Positions 1 to 9,175 are shown, counted from the stretch's first letter. The stretch is DNA of 32,000 bases from Dickeya solani IPO 2222 (GCF_001644705.1 NZ_CP015137.1:4830001-4862000); one strand, 5' to 3'. Notes: a model not told the origin generated them from the sequence alone. Numbers and translations: made by a program.

Positions 1-816
1 GACAGTGAAGCGCATGGTGAGCTGACGTTGTGGCTGGAGGTCATCCGCGGCGATTTCCGGGTTCGCAGCCGGTTGCGGATCTCAGCCCATACCTTGCAGC
101 GGTGGCACAGCCAGCCGGGGTGGTACGCGCCCCGCTACCCGCTGCCCGGCCACCTGGCGATGCGCGTGCCGTTGACGCTGGCAGACGTGACGTTGTCACA
201 CGAACAGTTGACGACACTGGAACCGGGCGACCTGATCTGTCCACTCAAACAGTACTTTTCACCGCAGGGTAACGGCTGCATCACGCTGGCCGACCGGCGG
301 TTGACCGGGCAGCTCAGGATGGATGCGCTCGCCCCTTACTGGTTTACCGTGACAGCACTGGAGGAATGTCCCGTGGCAACATCGTTTGACGATACAATAC
401 CTTTTAACGACACAATCCCTTTTAACGACACAACATCTTTTGCCGACACAATACCTTTTGACGGCGCGCCCCCTTTAGAGGCCTACGCCGCCCCCGAAAC
501 GCCGCCGCATGCTGGTTTTGCCGCCCCGGACGGCGGAAATCACACCGGCGCGCCGTCGGGCTACGCGCTGCCGCCGCTGACGCTGGCGCTGACCGTGCGC
601 TGCGGCTACCTGACGCTGACGTTACAGGATTTGCAGCAGCTCGCCCCCGGCACGGTGTTGACCCTGCAACAGGCGACGCCCGGCGAAGCCACCCTGTACC
701 ACGGCGAACAACCGCTGGCGCTGGGCGAATTGGTGGACGTGGAAGGCCGGCTGGGGTTGCAGATTACCCGCCGTCTTGGCGTGGACGGGGATATATCTTC
801 GGAGTCATTACGATGA
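1..816 (+). CDS. hrcQ: T3SS cytoplasmic-ring protein HrcQ/SctQ, 3' part (the gene starts upstream of the window)
   Basis: Frame 1 is open from nt 1 to the stop at 814-816, so the TTG at 28 in the ORF track is not the true start. The C-terminus is a SpoA/FliN-like domain ([19 protein letters not shown]...[19 protein letters not shown]), and an earlier SpoA-like segment is also present. The stop overlaps the hrcR start (ATGA at 813-816). The gene sits directly upstream of R-S-T-U. Confidence 0.85.
   Translation, partial: DSEAHGELTLWLEVIRGDFRVRSRLRISAHTLQRWHSQPGWYAPRYPLPGHLAMRVPLTLADVTLSHEQLTTLEPGDLICPLKQYFSPQGNGCITLADRRLTGQLRMDALAPYWFTVTALEECPVATSFDDTIPFNDTIPFNDTTSFADTIPFDGAPPLEAYAAPETPPHAGFAAPDGGNHTGAPSGYALPPLTLALTVRCGYLTLTLQDLQQLAPGTVLTLQQATPGEATLYHGEQPLALGELVDVEGRLGLQITRRLGVDGDISSESLR
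385..462. repeat. In-frame 18-bp tandem repeat, 4 copies plus a partial one, inside hrcQ
   Basis: Units are tttgacgatacaatacct / tttaacgacacaatccct / tttaacgacacaacatct / tttgccgacacaatacct / tttgacggc. They encode [27 protein letters not shown]. Confidence 0.9.
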
Positions 817-1466
817 CCTCGGGCAGCTTCGATCCGGTGATGTTTGCCCTGTTTCTGGGCTCATTGTCGTTGATTCCGCTGATGATGATCGTCTGCACCT
901 GCTTTCTCAAGGTGTCCATGGTACTGATGATCACCCGCAACGCCATCGGGGTACAGCAGGTGCCGCCCAACATGGCGTTGTACGGCATCGCACTCGCCGC
1001 CACGCTGTTCGTCATGGCGCCGGTGTTCAGCGACATCAAACAGCGATTTCAGGACACGCCGGTGGATTTCAGCAGCCTCGACGCGCTGGAAAGCAGCGTG
1101 ACCAAAGGCATCGAACCGTTGCAGAAATTCATGTCGCGCAACACCGATCCGGACATTCTGACTCACCTGCATGAAAACAGCCTGCGCATGTGGCCGGCGT
1201 CGATGTCCGAAAAAATCACCACCCAAAACATTCTGCTGGTGCTGCCGGCCTATGTGCTGTCGGAGCTGCAGGCCGGGTTCAAGATCGGTTTTCTGATTTA
1301 TATCCCGTTTATCGTCATCGATCTGATTGTCTCCAACGTGCTGCTGGCGCTGGGGATGCAAATGGTGGCGCCCACCACCCTTTCGCTGCCGCTCAAGATG
1401 CTGCTGTTCGTGCTGGTCAACGGCTGGACGCGCCTGCTCGACGGCCTGTTCTACAGTTACCTGTGA
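813..1466 (+). CDS. hrcR: T3SS export-apparatus protein HrcR/SctR (FliP family)
   Basis: 217 aa polytopic membrane protein with the SctR/FliP-type core [33 protein letters not shown]. Its start is coupled to the hrcQ stop through an ATGA overlap. Confidence 0.93.
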   Translation: MTSGSFDPVMFALFLGSLSLIPLMMIVCTCFLKVSMVLMITRNAIGVQQVPPNMALYGIALAATLFVMAPVFSDIKQRFQDTPVDFSSLDALESSVTKGIEPLQKFMSRNTDPDILTHLHENSLRMWPASMSEKITTQNILLVLPAYVLSELQAGFKIGFLIYIPFIVIDLIVSNVLLALGMQMVAPTTLSLPLKMLLFVLVNGWTRLLDGLFYSYL

Positions 1467-1473
1467 GGCGACC

Positions 1474-1734
1474 ATGGAAACGCTCAATCTGTTCCGACAG
1501 GCGATGGTGATGGTGGTGATGCTGTCGGCGCCGCCGCTGCTGGTAGCGGTAGTGGTCGGCGTGCTGATTTCGCTGTTACAGGCAGTGATGCAGTTGCAGG
1601 ATCAAACCTTGCCCTTTGCCGTCAAGCTGGTGGCGGTAGGGTTGGTGTTGGCCATGACCGGCCGTTGGATCGGCGTAGAGCTAATCCAGTTGGCGATGCT
1701 GGCCTTCAACATGATCGAACAAACTCGGGTGTGA
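1474..1734 (+). CDS. hrcS: T3SS export-apparatus protein HrcS/SctS (FliQ family)
   Basis: 86 aa, two TM segments (METLNLFRQAMVMVVMLSAPPLL...). ATG at 1474 is preceded by GAGG at 1465-1468. The track ORF 1327..1734 is a 5' extension that overlaps hrcR. Confidence 0.9.
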   Translation: METLNLFRQAMVMVVMLSAPPLLVAVVVGVLISLLQAVMQLQDQTLPFAVKLVAVGLVLAMTGRWIGVELIQLAMLAFNMIEQTRV

Positions 1735-1741
1735 GGCGGCC

Positions 1742-2545
1742 ATGTTATCCATCGCCACGATCCAGAATATTTACGATTTTATTTACGCGCTGACGCTCGG
1801 CGTGGCCCGGCTTTACCCGTGTCTGTTCCTGGTGCCGCTGTTCTCGTTCACCATTATCAAAGGCATGCTGCGCAACGCGGTGGCGATCGCCCTGGCGCTG
1901 GTGCCGGCCGGCGCCATTCAGCAACAGATGCTGACCACCACGATCACCTGGCCGATGCTGCCCGCTCTGCTGCTCAAAGAGCTGGTGATCGGGCTACTGC
2001 TGGGGGTGGTGCTGGCGATGCCGTTCTGGCTGTTCGAGTCGGTTGGCGCGCTGTTTGATAACCAGCGCGGCGCGCTCACCGGCGGCCAGCTCAACCCGGC
2101 GCTGGGCAGCGACGCCACCCCGCTCGGCCACATGATGAAAGAGCTGTTCATTATGATGCTGATCATCACCATCGGTTTTCCCGGTTTTACCCAGTTACTG
2201 TGGGACAGCTACCGGCTGTGGCCGGCGTTAGACTTCCTGCCGCCGTTGTCGGAACAGGGGTTTCACACCTATCTCGACCTGCTTAAAGACACGTTCCAGC
2301 ACATGATCGTGTACGCCGGGCCGCTGGTGGCGCTGTTGCTGTTGCTGGAATTCAGTATCGCTATTCTCAGTCTCTACAGCCCGCAGTTGCAGGTGTATGT
2401 GCTGTCCACCCCGGCCAAATGTCTGGCCGGTATGGCGTTTTTCGTGCTCTACATGCCGGTGCTGCAGTTTCTCGGCGAGGGGCGGCTAAAAGCCCTGACC
2501 GACCTGAAACACCTGCTCCCGCTGTTCTTTCAGACGTCGCCCTGA
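1742..2545 (+). CDS. hrcT: T3SS export-apparatus protein HrcT/SctT (FliR family)
   Basis: 267 aa polytopic membrane protein. ATG lies 8 nt after the hrcS stop and is preceded by GAGG. It holds the conserved position between S and U. Confidence 0.9.
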   Translation: MLSIATIQNIYDFIYALTLGVARLYPCLFLVPLFSFTIIKGMLRNAVAIALALVPAGAIQQQMLTTTITWPMLPALLLKELVIGLLLGVVLAMPFWLFESVGALFDNQRGALTGGQLNPALGSDATPLGHMMKELFIMMLIITIGFPGFTQLLWDSYRLWPALDFLPPLSEQGFHTYLDLLKDTFQHMIVYAGPLVALLLLLEFSIAILSLYSPQLQVYVLSTPAKCLAGMAFFVLYMPVLQFLGEGRLKALTDLKHLLPLFFQTSP

Positions 2546-2584
2546 AGGGCTGCAAGATACGGTTATTAACCACAAGGTGCCGGG

Positions 2585-3664
2585 ATGAGTGAAAAAACCG
2601 AAAAACCCACCCCAAAAAAGTTGCAGGACGCCCGCAAGAAAGGGGAAGTGGGCCAGAGCCAGGATGTACCCAAGCTGCTGATCAGCTTCGCGCTGCTGGA
2701 GATGATTCTGGCGCTGACCGACAGCGGCATGAGCAAATTGCAGGCGCTGATGCAGTTGCCGTTAAGCCGCATTACCGACCCGTTCGGGCATGCGGCGGAT
2801 GAAATTTTCAGCGAAGCGCTGTCGCTGCTGGCTACTTTCTGCCTGCTGACCATCAGCGTGGCGCTGCTGATGCGCGTCGTTGGCGGCTGGATCCAGTACG
2901 GCCCGCTGTTTGCCGTCGAGGCGCTGAAAATTGATTTCAACCGCCTCAATCCGATCAACCAGATCAAACAAATGTTCACCATGCGCAAGCTCACCGACAT
3001 GCTGACCAATATCCTGAAGGCGGTGACCATCGGGCTGGTGTTCTGGCTGGTGGTGATACCGCAGTTGGAGTGGCTGGTAGAACTGGCTTACGGCGATCTG
3101 ACCGCGTTCTGGAAAGGGGTGGAAAACGTGCTGAAAAGCGTGGCGCGCACCACCCTTTCCGCGCTGCTGGCGCTGGGGATGCTCGACTTCGGGCTGCAAA
3201 AATACTACTTCCTCAAACAGCAACGCATGAGCCATGAAGATATCCGTAACGAGTTCAAAAACTCGGAAGGCGACCCGCACATGAAAGGCCATCGTAAATC
3301 GGTGGCGCAGGAGATCCTCAACGAACCGGCCAGCCCGCGCGTCAAACCCAAAGTGGAAGACGCCGACCTGCTGCTGGTCAACCCGACCCACTACGCGGTG
3401 GCGCTGTTCTACCGCCCCGGCAAAACGCCGCTACCGCGCATCCTGCTCAAGGGCGAAGACGATCAGGCCAAAGCATTGATCGCCCGCGCTCATCAGGCCG
3501 GCGTGCCGGTGATCCGCTTCATCTGGCTGGCGCGCACCCTGTACCGTATCCCGGAAGGTCACTACATCCCGCGCGATACCCTGAAACCGGTGGCGCAGGT
3601 CTATAAGGTGTTACGACAGTTAGAGAAAGACCTGCCGGCCCGCGACGTGATCGAGATGGGCTAA
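2585..3664 (+). CDS. hrcU: T3SS substrate-specificity switch protein HrcU/SctU (FlhB family)
   Basis: 359 aa. N-terminus MSEKTEKPTPKKLQDARKKGEV is typical of the FlhB/SctU family. It has four TM segments and a cytoplasmic domain with an NPTH autocleavage motif. Confidence 0.95.
   Translation: MSEKTEKPTPKKLQDARKKGEVGQSQDVPKLLISFALLEMILALTDSGMSKLQALMQLPLSRITDPFGHAADEIFSEALSLLATFCLLTISVALLMRVVGGWIQYGPLFAVEALKIDFNRLNPINQIKQMFTMRKLTDMLTNILKAVTIGLVFWLVVIPQLEWLVELAYGDLTAFWKGVENVLKSVARTTLSALLALGMLDFGLQKYYFLKQQRMSHEDIRNEFKNSEGDPHMKGHRKSVAQEILNEPASPRVKPKVEDADLLLVNPTHYAVALFYRPGKTPLPRILLKGEDDQAKALIARAHQAGVPVIRFIWLARTLYRIPEGHYIPRDTLKPVAQVYKVLRQLEKDLPARDVIEMG
3380..3391 (+). other. NPTH autocleavage motif codons of HrcU (N266-H269)
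   Basis: aac ccg acc cac in the hrcU frame, in the context LLLVNPTHYAVAL. Confidence 0.9.
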
Positions 3665-3760
3665 AGGGCGACACTGCATTAACCGGCAAAGCCTGTTTAA
3701 GACGCTACATTTTTGGTCTTTATGGTTGATGCCAGAAAAGAATCAGGTCTATTTACTTTA

Positions 3761-3784
3761 CCTACTGGCATTGATGCCGGTAGG
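3761..3784. terminator. Hairpin between convergent hrcU and the lipoprotein gene (possible bidirectional terminator)
   Basis: cctactggcat-tg-atgccggtagg has 11-nt arms with one T/G wobble position. It lies 97 nt after the hrcU stop and 37 nt after the lipoprotein stop. There is no strong U-tract. Confidence 0.35.
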
Positions 3785-3820
3785 TATAATAAATTTCTCC
3801 ATCATGAGAGCTACAGAAAA

Positions 3821-4420
3821 TTACATCACAGCGCCCATTTGGGTATACCACGGTTGTTGCCCCGGACAATTAGGCACGTTCAAAATATTGACATGTTGCA
3901 ATTCCTTCTTTCCCGCAGCATTGTCGACAATCTTATAAACCCGTAAATACTTGCCTGTTTTTGATTCTTGATGTTTAAAATCAATCGTCACGTAACAAAA
4001 TGAGCCAACTTCAGGTTTAAATGTGATAACGCTCTGCGCAACATTTACTCCAGATGAAAAGAAATATTTATTGTCTGCCTCTCCCGGGTAGAGAACTCTT
4101 ATTGTAATAAGCTCGTTAGCACTGACCCCAAATTCCTGTCTTTTTTCACTCATCCCCGCTATGGTTGGAATGCCTATCGATTTATCACGCCAAGAAATGA
4201 CCGGAATAAAGCCGTTGGCTTTAGAATACAGATCAATACATGCTTTAGTCTCCGGGTAAACTCGGGTTCTGTTGTGATTCATACTGAATCCAATGCCGAC
4301 CCTCCTACCGCCAGTAAAATCAGTAAAATCAGTTAAATCTTTATTGTAATCGCCTACTTTCGTTAAAGAAGAACACCCGGTTAATAATAGTAACCCAGCC
4401 AACCCCCAAAGCTTAATCAA
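3821..4420 (-). CDS. Orphan lipoprotein of unknown function in a low-GC islet
   Basis: 199 aa. TTG start at 4420 with AGGAG 9 nt upstream (4430-4434). Signal peptide plus lipobox MIKLWGLAGLLLLTG|C. I recognise no family. Local GC is about 33-37% by eye. Confidence 0.6.
   Translation of the reverse strand: MIKLWGLAGLLLLTGCSSLTKVGDYNKDLTDFTDFTGGRRVGIGFSMNHNRTRVYPETKACIDLYSKANGFIPVISWRDKSIGIPTIAGMSEKRQEFGVSANELITIRVLYPGEADNKYFFSSGVNVAQSVITFKPEVGSFCYVTIDFKHQESKTGKYLRVYKIVDNAAGKKELQHVNILNVPNCPGQQPWYTQMGAVM
4312..4338. repeat. In-frame 9-bp tandem repeat x3 in the lipoprotein gene
   Basis: cagtaaaat cagtaaaat cagttaaat on the plus strand. On the minus strand it encodes DLT-DFT-DFT. Confidence 0.9.
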
Positions 4421-4676
4421 CGTTAAAAACTCCTATTTTAAATAAAAATTTATTTGAATTAATTTTTATTTTTCATATCGATACAACTGCACCACTTTAG
4501 CATGGAGTTTTTAGAAAACATAAAATCCGCGTGGTATACGAGGGTCAACATCAAATAGACCTTAGGCTGAATGCCTGATGGATGCTTAAGTAATTATTCA
4601 GTGCGTCAAATAGCACCAATGCAACAACATCGCTTGCTATACTGCTCTTACCTTTCTTACTCGGATCGTAAGCAAC

Positions 4677-5171
4677 ATGGCAGACAAAATTCACCGCTAT
4701 CAGGTACAGGTCAGTTGGACCGGCAACGAAGGCACCGGCACCGCCAGCTATCGCGGTTACAGCCGCAACCATGACATCAGCGCGCCGGGCAAGCCGACGC
4801 TACCCGGCTCATCCGACCCGAGTTTCCGCGGTGACCCCGCGCGCTGGAATCCAGAGGAACTGCTGGTGGCGTCGCTGTCCGCCTGCCACAAGTTGTGGTA
4901 TCTCGGGCTGTGCGCGGGAGCGGGCGTCACGGTGGTGGCCTACGACGACCGGGCGGAAGGGGAAATGGTGGAAGAGGCCGGCGGCGCCGGGCAGTTTCTG
5001 TCGGTCACTCTGCGCCCGCGCGTGGTGATCAGCGCCGACAGCGACGCGCAGACCGCTCTCGCGTTGCACCATCAGGCCCACGAGATGTGTTTTATTGCTC
5101 GCTCGGTTAACTTTAGCGTCACCCACCAGCCGGACATCGTGGTCGATAACTCGTCGTCGCCGCACCGCTAA
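4677..5171 (+). CDS. OsmC/Ohr-family (peroxiredoxin-like) protein
   Basis: 164 aa. The N-terminal pattern HRYQVQVSWTGNEGTGTASYRGYSR and the paired Cys contexts (SLSACHKLWY ... HEMCFIARS) are typical of the OsmC family. Confidence 0.8.
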   Translation: MADKIHRYQVQVSWTGNEGTGTASYRGYSRNHDISAPGKPTLPGSSDPSFRGDPARWNPEELLVASLSACHKLWYLGLCAGAGVTVVAYDDRAEGEMVEEAGGAGQFLSVTLRPRVVISADSDAQTALALHHQAHEMCFIARSVNFSVTHQPDIVVDNSSSPHR

Positions 5172-5327
5172 ACCTCAGAGCAGCGGCGGCTCTCCTCACT
5201 CGCCGCCTGCTCATCAGCGTAAAGAAAACCGTTACCCAGTCAAAAATCGTTTCAATATAATCCTGCACCTGCGTTAAATATTTGCTATCACGACAGTTAT
5301 TCTCCTTTTCCGGATAAAAGTGCGTTT

Positions 5328-6557
5328 ATGTTCAAATCGTTTTTTCCCAACCCCAAACTGTTTTTCTCCTCCGCGCTGCTCTGGTCGCTGGTGGCGGTGG
5401 TCATCTGGTATAGCTGGGGCCGTCCGCTGGGCAATAGCCTGCTGCACATCAGTGAGCCGTTGCCGCAAGGCGCGATACGTTTCCTGTCGCCCGCTTTTCT
5501 GTGGTTCTACGGTTACTACCTGCTGTGCGTAGGCCTATTCGCCGGCGCCTGGACGTTGTTAAATCCGCATCCCTGGCAGCGCTGGTCGATACTCGGCTCC
5601 TCGCTGATCATTTTCGTGACCTATTTTTCGGTCGAAGTCGGCGTGGCGGTCAACGATTGGTACGTTCCTTTTTACGATTTGATCCAGAAAGCGCTGAGCG
5701 CGCCTAACGCCGTGACTATTCAGGCGTTTTACCAGCAGTTGCTGATTTTCCTCGGTATCGCGCTGACCGCGGTGACAGTCGGTGTGCTGAACTTGTTTTT
5801 CGTCAGCCATTACGTGTTCCGCTGGCGCACCGCCATGAACGACTACTACACCTCGCACTGGCAAGCGTTGCGCCACATTGAAGGGGCGGCGCAGCGTATT
5901 CAGGAAGACACCATGCGTTTCGCTTCCACGGTGGAAAGCCTGGGAGTGGATCTGGTGAAATCGTTGATGACGTTGATCGCCTTTTTACCGGTGCTGGTCA
6001 GCCTCTCATCTCACGTCAAATCGCTGCCGTTGATCGGTGAGATTCCCTACGGTCTGGTGATTGCCGCTGTCATCTGGTCACTGGCCGGCACCGGTTTGCT
6101 GGCGCTGATCGGCATCAAGCTGCCGGGGCTGGAGTTCAATAATCAGCGGGTGGAAGCCGCCTACCGTAAAGAACTGGTGTATGGCGAGGATGACGCCAGC
6201 CGCGCTGCGCCGCCCACGGTAAAACAGCTGTTCAAAAGCGTGCGCAAAAACTATTTCCGCCTTTACTTCCATTACACCTACTTCAACATCGCGCGGGTGC
6301 TTTATCTGCAAACCGATAACATATTCGGCATCATCATGTTGCTGCCGTCAATCGTGGCAGGCAGCCTGACGCTCGGCCTGATGACCCAGATCACCAACGT
6401 GTTCGATCAGGTACGCGGTTCGTTCCAGTACCTGATCAACTCCTGGACCACCATCGTGGAACTAATGTCGATTTATAAACGCCTGCGCAGTTTCGAATCG
6501 GTGATTCATGATGTGCCGATGACCAGCAACGAGGCAGATGTGACTTCCGGCGCCTGA
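5328..6557 (+). CDS. sbmA: Peptide antibiotic / antimicrobial-peptide transporter SbmA (BacA family)
   Basis: 409 aa, colinear with E. coli SbmA as I recall it. Shared stretches include MFKSFFP..., [76 protein letters not shown] and [13 protein letters not shown]. Confidence 0.9.
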   Translation: MFKSFFPNPKLFFSSALLWSLVAVVIWYSWGRPLGNSLLHISEPLPQGAIRFLSPAFLWFYGYYLLCVGLFAGAWTLLNPHPWQRWSILGSSLIIFVTYFSVEVGVAVNDWYVPFYDLIQKALSAPNAVTIQAFYQQLLIFLGIALTAVTVGVLNLFFVSHYVFRWRTAMNDYYTSHWQALRHIEGAAQRIQEDTMRFASTVESLGVDLVKSLMTLIAFLPVLVSLSSHVKSLPLIGEIPYGLVIAAVIWSLAGTGLLALIGIKLPGLEFNNQRVEAAYRKELVYGEDDASRAAPPTVKQLFKSVRKNYFRLYFHYTYFNIARVLYLQTDNIFGIIMLLPSIVAGSLTLGLMTQITNVFDQVRGSFQYLINSWTTIVELMSIYKRLRSFESVIHDVPMTSNEADVTSGA

Positions 6558-7112
6558 CAGGCGCGATCGCTTCCGCGCTGCCGTCCCGGTAGCGCGGAAT
6601 CTGGCTACGTCACGGTATCCGCTCACGCCAGCATCAAAAACCAGCTGGACGGCCGTTAGAAAGATCGGATATCAGAACGCCATCACCACGAAAAGCACGT
6701 TTTTTACGCCGATATAGCATTTCAGGGAAAAGCGATAAAACGCCCTTCCCCGCTGGCGAATAAAATAAAAAAAATAGGATTTAATGCTTTATTTCAGGCT
6801 AAATTTTGGAATGGACAGCAAAAGGGATAACCCTAAACACCCTCCTGACTAGTACATGAGGTTATTTAACAAATAAAAAACAAAAAAGAATAATGAATAA
6901 AATAGAACCCGTAACAAAAACCAGTAAATAGCGGACTAGTCGATTAGTCAGCAGACTATTTATGTCTCTGAAAAATGTGATACTATTCACACGTTTTTTC
7001 TCACCTCTGGACATTCGATATTTTTTATTCTGAAAAAACAAGGACGTAGACAGATGAGTTTTCTCTGTTGATCTTGCATTATCAAAGCGTTAGCTCCAAT
7101 AGGAACCCCTTG

Positions 7113-9104
7113 ATGAGTACAATTCTACATACCTATAACAACCTAAAGGTTGGTATTAAGCTGGCGATTGGGTTTGGCCTGATTTTGATCATGTCTGCCT
7201 TCATTATGCTGTCAGGCATAAATGGTTTTCGTCACATTGATGACTACGTCAATAAATCCATTATCAGTAACGACATTAATAACAATCTGGACGAAGCCCG
7301 CCGGGCACGACTCAGCTTTCAATATACTCACGATTATGCCGCCATTAATAAAACCGGCACGTTGATGGAGAAAGTCGGCCAGTCACTCAATCAGGCCAAC
7401 CAGTTAACCTGGTTGCCCGCGTCGCAGCAATTGCTGGATCAGTTGAATGATGCCTACAAAAAATACCTTCCTGCCCGCGAAGCGCTGATCAATGCCAGCC
7501 GCCAGCGTGACGCCATCGCGCAGAAACTGAATCAGGACAGCAGCGCCGACGTGCTCAACACACTGCGTACTCAATTCAGCAACAGTGCGATGACGCCGGA
7601 ATTACGGCTGGAATTTACCACGCTGTTAGAACAATTGTCGGAAATCCGCGACCTGACGCATGAGTTGTTACTGCAACCGTCCACCCAGGCCGAATCCAAC
7701 CTGCGCAAAGCCTTTGGCAACACCTTGACCTCGTTCAATCAAACCTTGCCCAAATTCAGCGCGGAGCAGCAAGGGTGGCTGAACCAGACCTGGCGTTTTT
7801 TCTCCGCCTACAACGGCTATATTGACGATTATATGAACGCCTTCAAGGATGAAAATACCGCCACCAGCGCTATGCTGGATGCCGCGGTTATTCTGGATAA
7901 GGCCTCCAGCGCACTGTATGAACGCCAGTTGTCGCAGGTCAGCAATACCACCACCAGCTCGCAGTGGCAGCTGTTGTTCACCGGTCTGGTGATTATCGCT
8001 ATCGGGGTACTGATGGCGTGGCGCATCACTCTGCAGATTACCCGTCCGCTGCACCAGAGCCTGTCGCTGGCAGAACGGATAGCCCAGGGTGACCTGACCG
8101 CCTCCATCAACGTCGTTCGCCGCGACGAATTGGGGATGCTGATGTCCGCGATGGCGGCCATGAACCACAAACTGCGTGAGATGATTGGCGAAATCCGTGA
8201 AGGGGTGAGCAACGTGACGTCCGCCGCGTCGGAAATCGCCGCCGGCAACACCGATCTCTCCTCCCGCACCGAGCAGCAGTCGGCCGCGGTAGTGGAAACC
8301 GCCGCCAGCATGGAGCAGTTGACCTCAACGGTGAAGCAGAATGCCGACAACGCGCATCATGCCTCACAGTTGGCGGCCGATGCGTCAGGCAACGCCACCA
8401 AAGGCGGTGAGATCGTCACCAACGTGGTGAGCACCATGAACGAGATCGCCGTCAGTTCCCGGCGTATTTCTGAAATCACCTCCGTCATCAACGGCATCGC
8501 TTTCCAGACCAACATTCTGGCGCTCAACGCCGCGGTGGAAGCGGCGCGCGCCGGCGAACAAGGCCGCGGTTTCGCCGTGGTGGCCGGCGAAGTGCGCAAT
8601 CTGGCCCAGCGCAGCGCGCAGGCCGCCAAAGAGATCGAAACCCTGATCGGCGAGTCGGTCACCCGGGTGAATACCGGCTCCACGCTGGTGGAAAGCGCCG
8701 GTAAAACCATGGATGAGATCATTCGCTCCATCTCTCATGTGCATGACATCATGGACGAGATAGCCTCGGCCTCTGACGAGCAAAGTCGCGGCATCAATCA
8801 GATCTCCACCGCGGTAGCCGAAATGGATGCCACCACCCAGCAGAACGCCGCGCTGGTGGAAGAGTCTTCCGCGGCGGCCAATTCGCTGGAAGAGCAGGCG
8901 CAGATGCTGGAACATGCGGTATCGGTGTTCCGTCTCGGTAATGACAACACGCCGCCGCGGGCAGGACAACGAACCACTATTAGCACCCAAAAGCCTAGCA
9001 CCCAAAAGCCGCTGATGCTGGCCAAATCCATCCCCAAAGCGGCAACCGCCGCCGTGAACCGAGCCCCTGCGGCCCACGCCAAAGATGACTGGGAGTCGTT
9101 CTAA
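7113..9104 (+). CDS. Methyl-accepting chemotaxis protein, paralog 1, with a ~250-aa helical periplasmic sensor
   Basis: 663 aa counted from ATG 7113 (AGGAA sits 7 nt upstream; the track ORF starts at TTG 7068). Domain order is TM1, ~248-aa periplasmic region, TM2, HAMP, then the highly conserved MCP signalling domain ([28 protein letters not shown] ... [40 protein letters not shown]). The C-terminal pentapeptide is DWESF. Confidence 0.92.
   Translation: MSTILHTYNNLKVGIKLAIGFGLILIMSAFIMLSGINGFRHIDDYVNKSIISNDINNNLDEARRARLSFQYTHDYAAINKTGTLMEKVGQSLNQANQLTWLPASQQLLDQLNDAYKKYLPAREALINASRQRDAIAQKLNQDSSADVLNTLRTQFSNSAMTPELRLEFTTLLEQLSEIRDLTHELLLQPSTQAESNLRKAFGNTLTSFNQTLPKFSAEQQGWLNQTWRFFSAYNGYIDDYMNAFKDENTATSAMLDAAVILDKASSALYERQLSQVSNTTTSSQWQLLFTGLVIIAIGVLMAWRITLQITRPLHQSLSLAERIAQGDLTASINVVRRDELGMLMSAMAAMNHKLREMIGEIREGVSNVTSAASEIAAGNTDLSSRTEQQSAAVVETAASMEQLTSTVKQNADNAHHASQLAADASGNATKGGEIVTNVVSTMNEIAVSSRRISEITSVINGIAFQTNILALNAAVEAARAGEQGRGFAVVAGEVRNLAQRSAQAAKEIETLIGESVTRVNTGSTLVESAGKTMDEIIRSISHVHDIMDEIASASDEQSRGINQISTAVAEMDATTQQNAALVEESSAAANSLEEQAQMLEHAVSVFRLGNDNTPPRAGQRTTISTQKPSTQKPLMLAKSIPKAATAAVNRAPAAHAKDDWESF
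8199..8899 (+). repeat. ~0.7-kb near-identical direct repeat, copy A (MCP signalling-domain coding block)
   Basis: Aligns to 10745-11445 at a constant offset of 2546 nt with no indels. I counted about 25 mismatches by eye. A second near-identical block (8041-8109 vs 10587-10655) has one mismatch. Confidence 0.9.
8982..9011. repeat. In-frame 15-bp tandem duplication in the MCP1 C-terminal tether
   Basis: agcacccaaaagcct agcacccaaaagccg, encoding [10 protein letters not shown]. Confidence 0.9.
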
Positions 9105-9130
9105 ACCAACGCGTTCCTGACGACCGGCGC

Positions 9131-9175
9131 CAGACAGCATGGTGGTTAATCATCATGCTGTCTGTGTTCTGTTCA
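9131..9175 (+). terminator. Rho-independent terminator candidate after MCP1
   Basis: cagacagcatggtg / catcatgctgtctg form a 14-nt stem with one mismatch and a 6-nt loop. A T-rich tract (tgttctgttcattt) follows. The hairpin starts 27 nt after the stop. Confidence 0.6.

Noticed and set aside
1327-1734. 5'-extended ORF-track models: 1327 for hrcS, 7068 for MCP1, 14296 for the PrpD-like gene, 14584 for CBS, 18067 for permease 2, 21446 for HAD, 22710 for MFS, 23663 for IMPase, 28057 for lipoprotein 2 and 31614 for the SBP.
   Set aside because: In each case an internal ATG with a better Shine-Dalgarno gives an N-terminus that matches the family (signal peptide, lipobox, or paralog alignment). The extensions overlap upstream genes or begin at rare start codons. 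The MFS start remains uncertain.
3713-3946. Plus-strand ORFs 3713..3946 and 3726..3938 in the first low-GC islet.
   Set aside because: They overlap the 3' end of the better-supported minus-strand lipoprotein gene and the intergenic hairpin. They have no RBS and no recognisable features.
3665-4676. Calling the two low-GC islets (3665-4676 and 26990-28395) mobile elements or genomic islands.
   Set aside because: I found no integrase, transposase, tRNA target, flanking direct repeats or terminal inverted repeats. Only the compositional shift supports foreign origin, so I report them as findings and not as mobile_element features.
5178-5212. Hairpin after the OsmC-family gene (gagcagcggc ... gccgcctgctc) as a terminator. 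Likewise the small hairpins at 6571-6599 (after sbmA) and 24518-24544 (after the DeoR gene).
   Set aside because: The stems are imperfect or have long loops, and none is followed by a U-tract. They are too weak to annotate as terminators.
6689-6715. Possible sigma-28 (FliA) promoter far upstream of MCP1: GCCGATAT at 6708-6715, which matches 7 of 8 positions of the -10 consensus GCCGATAA.
   Set aside because: The -35 region matches TAAAGTTT poorly (at best 4 of 8 with a 9-nt instead of 11-nt spacer), and the site is ~400 bp from the start codon. TAAAGATT at 9495-9502 upstream of MCP2 has no acceptable -10 partner.
7102-7130. HrpL-dependent hrp-box (GGAACC-N15/16-CCACNNA) near the T3SS-adjacent genes. 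GGAACC occurs at 7102-7107, and on the minus strand at 9611-9616 and 14248-14253.
   Set aside because: None of the GGAACC occurrences is followed by CCAC at the required spacing, and none lies upstream of the islet lipoprotein gene. There is no support for HrpL control of any gene in this window.
8385-9140. Long antisense or off-frame ORFs inside well-supported genes. Examples are 861..1487(-), 2762..3391(-), 7668..8168(-), 8385..9140(-), 10931..11521(-), 11983..12675(-), 13367..14227(+), 14734..15387(-), 18841..19551(-), 20874..21566(+), 21232..22080(+), 25109..25864(-), 25913..26605(-), 28780..29769(+) and 30535..31569(+).
   Set aside because: They overlap genes with clear family signatures on the other strand or in another frame. 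Their translations are Arg/Gly/Pro/His-rich low-complexity strings typical of shadow ORFs in high-GC coding DNA, and none has a recognisable motif or RBS.
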